A stretch of DNA of 64,000 nt from Chrysomallon squamiferum. Lineage: Eukaryota; Animalia; Mollusca. The position numbers and the translations under genes are program-made. The DNA is taken from contig CM022665.1 of the NCBI GenBank assembly GCA_012295275.1, positions 7,936,001 to 8,000,000 of the forward strand, read 5' to 3'. The notes under the pieces are model-generated. The model was not told where the DNA came from and did not search any database. It saw only the letters and a program-made list of their open reading frames with translations. Of the stretch, positions 60,805 to 64,000 are shown piece by piece. Numbering within the stretch: position 1 is the first letter of the stretch; every line of letters starts with the position of its first letter.

Positions 60805-62166
60805 TATTGATATAAATTGAAAGGTTTTTCTAATTTTTAATTTTTTTTATTTGATTTTCTTTAAAAAAAATTTCATCCTTTGTTGTTGAAAAAGTAGGGT
60901 CAAAAGAGATACCAAAAAAAAAAAAAGGAGAGAGATGTAAAAAGGAACAAATTACGTAAATGCTGCTTATTTTCAAGCAGTAACAGTTAATTGATAAAAT
61001 CCTATACTTTGTTATCTACTGTATTCACGCATGTGCAATGTGCACACTTAAATGGTTTGAAAAAGGTGACAAGAAGTTTTATTATGTTCATTCTGATATT
61101 TAATAAATAATACAGTGGGTGTCAGCAAATTTTGGTGTATCTAATATTACAGCACAAATTCAATATGGAAGTTATCCAGTAAAAGCTTAAGTTATCACTC
61201 ACTGATTTTGCAGTTAATTGACAATAACTGGTGTTACTAATATCCAACCAAGTTAGATTACTGAAAAACAGCAAAGCAAGACAGATGATTTATCTACGAG
61301 ATTTATCTTTTTTTTCTCTATGAACTGGTACATTAGGAAACAAAGACTTATCAGATGTGATTTGTTTTAAAACACATAAAATGAAAAAAACAACCAACAT
61401 CTGAAGTGAAATTTCATAAATGCAAATATCTCTTACAAGAAAAAAACAATCTGAATTGTTTGGAAATGGGATGCAATGTTATTAAAGAAAAGTCTAGGCC
61501 AGTTTTATTGTTTGATGTCAAACCCCAAAATTTGGTGACCCTTTCCCCCACCCCATTTCTTTGAAACCTCAAGTCAGTATAGTGAAAAATAAATATTTTT
61601 GATATATATTCAATGGTATTACTTTTTGTACTAACAATTCTTGGCAAAAATTTGGAAAAAAAATCTTTTCTTTGTATATCCATTTAGTATTTATATATAT
61701 TGGCTAGAGAAATGCAAATATACTTGTTTTGCTGAATCTCTTAATTTTTGCTTAATATTTGTTTCTCATTACTTTTCAGTCTTCAAACGGTGAAAGTCAT
61801 ATGGAAACAGCAAATGAAGACCTTCACCTTGTGTTGGAAGATTCCAGTGAAACTCCCTGTTGTAGTAGTAATGATACAGTAAATTCAAATAAAAAAGAAG
61901 ACATTTTAAACAATCATAGTACATCACCAGAAGAAAATAAAGTAAAAAGCAATCCAAAGATAGATGCAAGTCTGATGCCTGCACCATCCAGTAAAGGAGT
62001 TATTGTGAAAAAACCTGATTCTAACAATGAAAGTGGATCAGTAGATAAAGGAAATGGATTAAAGTCATCTACTGCATCAAGTCAAGGGGGACTTAATATA
62101 AAATCTTCCACTGGTCAGCAGCGAAGAATTCAGTTAACTACTATTTCTTTGCTTAATCCTAAATAA
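51426..62166 (+). CDS. CHAF1B: Chromatin assembly factor 1 subunit B (p60/Cac2), WD40 protein
   Basis: Exons 51426-51548, 52960-53062, 53463-53489, 53726-53837, 55432-55535, 55716-55812, 56107-56367, 57674-57774, 58206-58257, 58384-58509, 58869-59052, 61780-62166; 1677 nt = 558 aa + stop. Signatures: [79 protein letters not shown] and a C-terminal B-domain-like RRIQLTTI. Confidence 0.96.
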
Positions 62167-62457
62167 GATTGTTTGTATTCGGTTTTAGAACAGGTTTAGA
62201 GGTGTATGGTATTAAGTGCTAATGACCTGTTTAAAAGGTACAATTTTAGATCTATCAAAAAAAAAAAATAATAATAATAAATTCTTGGTGTTTTTACCCA
62301 CATGAAATATTGTTACCATGTAACCTAATTTATAACAAATTGTAATAAAAATATCAAGAATCTAAAGATAATTTTTATTTCTATTTTTTTTTTTTTTAAT
62401 TTTCAAGATTAAAATGATTGAAGTGATGTGTTATTGTTTGTAATCTTATCTTGCGGG

Positions 62458-63224
62458 AATGAACAAATGAATGTTTAACAAAATCTCAGCATGCAAAACA
62501 TGTCAGCTATTGGATGTCAAACAATGGTAAGGGCAAAACTTAATGCTGGTCAGCATCAACATAAAAATTTAACAATTAAATGAAAACAGTATAAAACACT
62601 GCAATAATTTAAATTTAGTTAACTGAGGTCTGAATTTCAGTAGTGAGTAGATTTAAGAATATTTCCAAAAAATGTGGCAAATAGGAGTCTTTTTAATGCT
62701 GTACTGATTAATAAAAGTTCCAGATGAAATTAAAATTATTTTAATTTCTTTGATATGACTGCACTCCAAATTGTGGCATACTTGCAGAGTATACTGATGG
62801 TGCTCACATAGGCGAAAGATCTTTCTTAAAGATAAATGAATAAGTATGGTCAGCACAATCACAACTCGAGGCTATTTTATCCTTCCTGCACTGTCTGAAA
62901 ACTGGCTTGATAACCTGAAGCTTTTGCAATTGCACCGTCCCAATTATGTTCCCAAGTTCAAAAGATAATTTGATTAATACTATTTAAAATCAGTGTACGG
63001 TATACCCAAAGCAGTGTTTGCCACTGATGAAAAAAAAAAAAAACCCACAGTATCTTTATGGGCAATGGATAAAAAAGAAACATTTCTGTATCACCATCCC
63101 AGTTAAGGAATGAATCCAGTTTGATGTTTCATAAAGCATGGAGATGTGAAAGTCATTGTGTAAAAATGATAAATTTGGATGCAATCAAATCTTTGATTTC
63201 TTTTAAGGATTTAATGACTGCTCA
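62458..63224 (-). mobile_element. Decayed 3' fragment of an RNase H-containing non-LTR retrotransposon (I-group-like LINE)
   Basis: Frameshifted minus-strand translation gives AVIKSLKEIKDLIASKFIIFTQ*LSHLHAL, GMVIQKCF.FLSIAHKD, YTDFK, WEHNWDGAIA.KLQVIKPV, RQCRKD, DHTYSFIFKKD..P.CEH, H.LEC: RNase H C-half plus CCHC knuckle as I recall them from I-group LINE ORF2. Followed by a 3' tail ending gttaaacattcatttgttcatt. Confidence 0.8.
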
Positions 63225-63912
63225 TTGATACATTTTTTTCACTGTTACTATTCTAATTTATTTTTTACATTATCTTATTTGTGCTAAATCTAATTTTTTT
63301 TTTAATATTAAAATATTCTGAACTTAAGACAGTTTTTATAATAACTAAACAGTAAATGTGATTCTCGGAAAAATAATGATTTGATAAATGAAATTCAAGA
63401 AGGTTGGTGCAGTTAATGTGTTTATTGATTTAATGTTGGCTAGCAAATGGATTCATATAGCTCCAAAACTGTTAAAACATATTTTTATTTAAATTACATT
63501 TTTATTTCTTTTAATTATTTGACATCAAATCTTGAATTTAAATTCATTTATAAATTATTTTTTATTTTTTTGACTGAAATTCAAAGTGATCTTAATAGTG
63601 AAAAAGGCCTTTAGCACCTCTACTATTATGATCTGCAAGAACATTAACTTTTTTTTTTTTTTTTTTTGTATAATTATGTTATCCCTGGAGGAAAGAAGAT
63701 TTAAGAGTAATGAATAAAGTGACATTTTTGGGCTACTTTTTTTTATATGACTTGAATGGCTAGATACTTTCAATTTTTAACTTTGCAGCAAATGCCTCTG
63801 GTAGTTCTTAAAAGATTAGTACAATTGACACCAATCTGATATCAACAGCTGCTGCTGGTTAATTAAAGACTAATAAATTGTTTAAATAAGGAATTATAGT
63901 GGGTTGTAAAAC

Positions 63913-63949
<37 letters not shown>

Positions 63950-64000
63950 GAAAAGTTAAAATAATTTTAAATAGCATTTGAAGAATCATCAGTAACTGAA

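Noticed and set aside
59053-61779. Additional CHAF1B exon or nested gene in the 2.7-kb last intron (ORFs at 59618, 59926, 60232, 61414)
   Set aside because: Flanking exons already join in phase 0 to give a normal-length protein; the ORFs are low-complexity and parts resemble repeat debris. A small alternative exon cannot be excluded.

Overview
AT-rich, CpG-depleted, intron-rich animal genomic DNA; the repeat and protein style suggests a mollusc, probably a gastropod (inference). I reconstructed four spliced protein-coding genes by hand, all with GT-AG introns and consistent phases. (1) A type I membrane protein on + (4718-13238, signal exon not found): SUEL/rhamnose-lectin-like domain, CUB-like domain, stalk, TM and a ~330-aa motif-rich cytoplasmic tail ending in ETGV. 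(2) A highly diverged tandem counterpart on + (20497-25878, 406 aa) with the same ectodomain exon plan but a 48-aa tyrosine-free tail. (3) DNA polymerase theta (POLQ) on - (30924-49648, 26 coding exons, ~2686 aa) with a long N-terminal extension. (4) Chromatin assembly factor 1 p60 (CHAF1B) on + (51426-62166, 12 coding exons, ~558 aa). POLQ and CHAF1B are head-to-head across a CpG-retaining ~1.8 kb region with outward-facing CDE/CHR- and E2F-like elements. Also present: a long-inverted-repeat element with an internal tandem repeat, an RNase H-bearing LINE remnant, a tRNA-Glu pseudogene, a tRNA-derived SINE head and microsatellites. The best candidate for undescribed biology is the lectin/CUB receptor pair (signalling versus short-tailed form), followed by the POLQ N-terminal extension. 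No prokaryotic features or CRISPR arrays. No database searches were run; family assignments rest on motif recognition.
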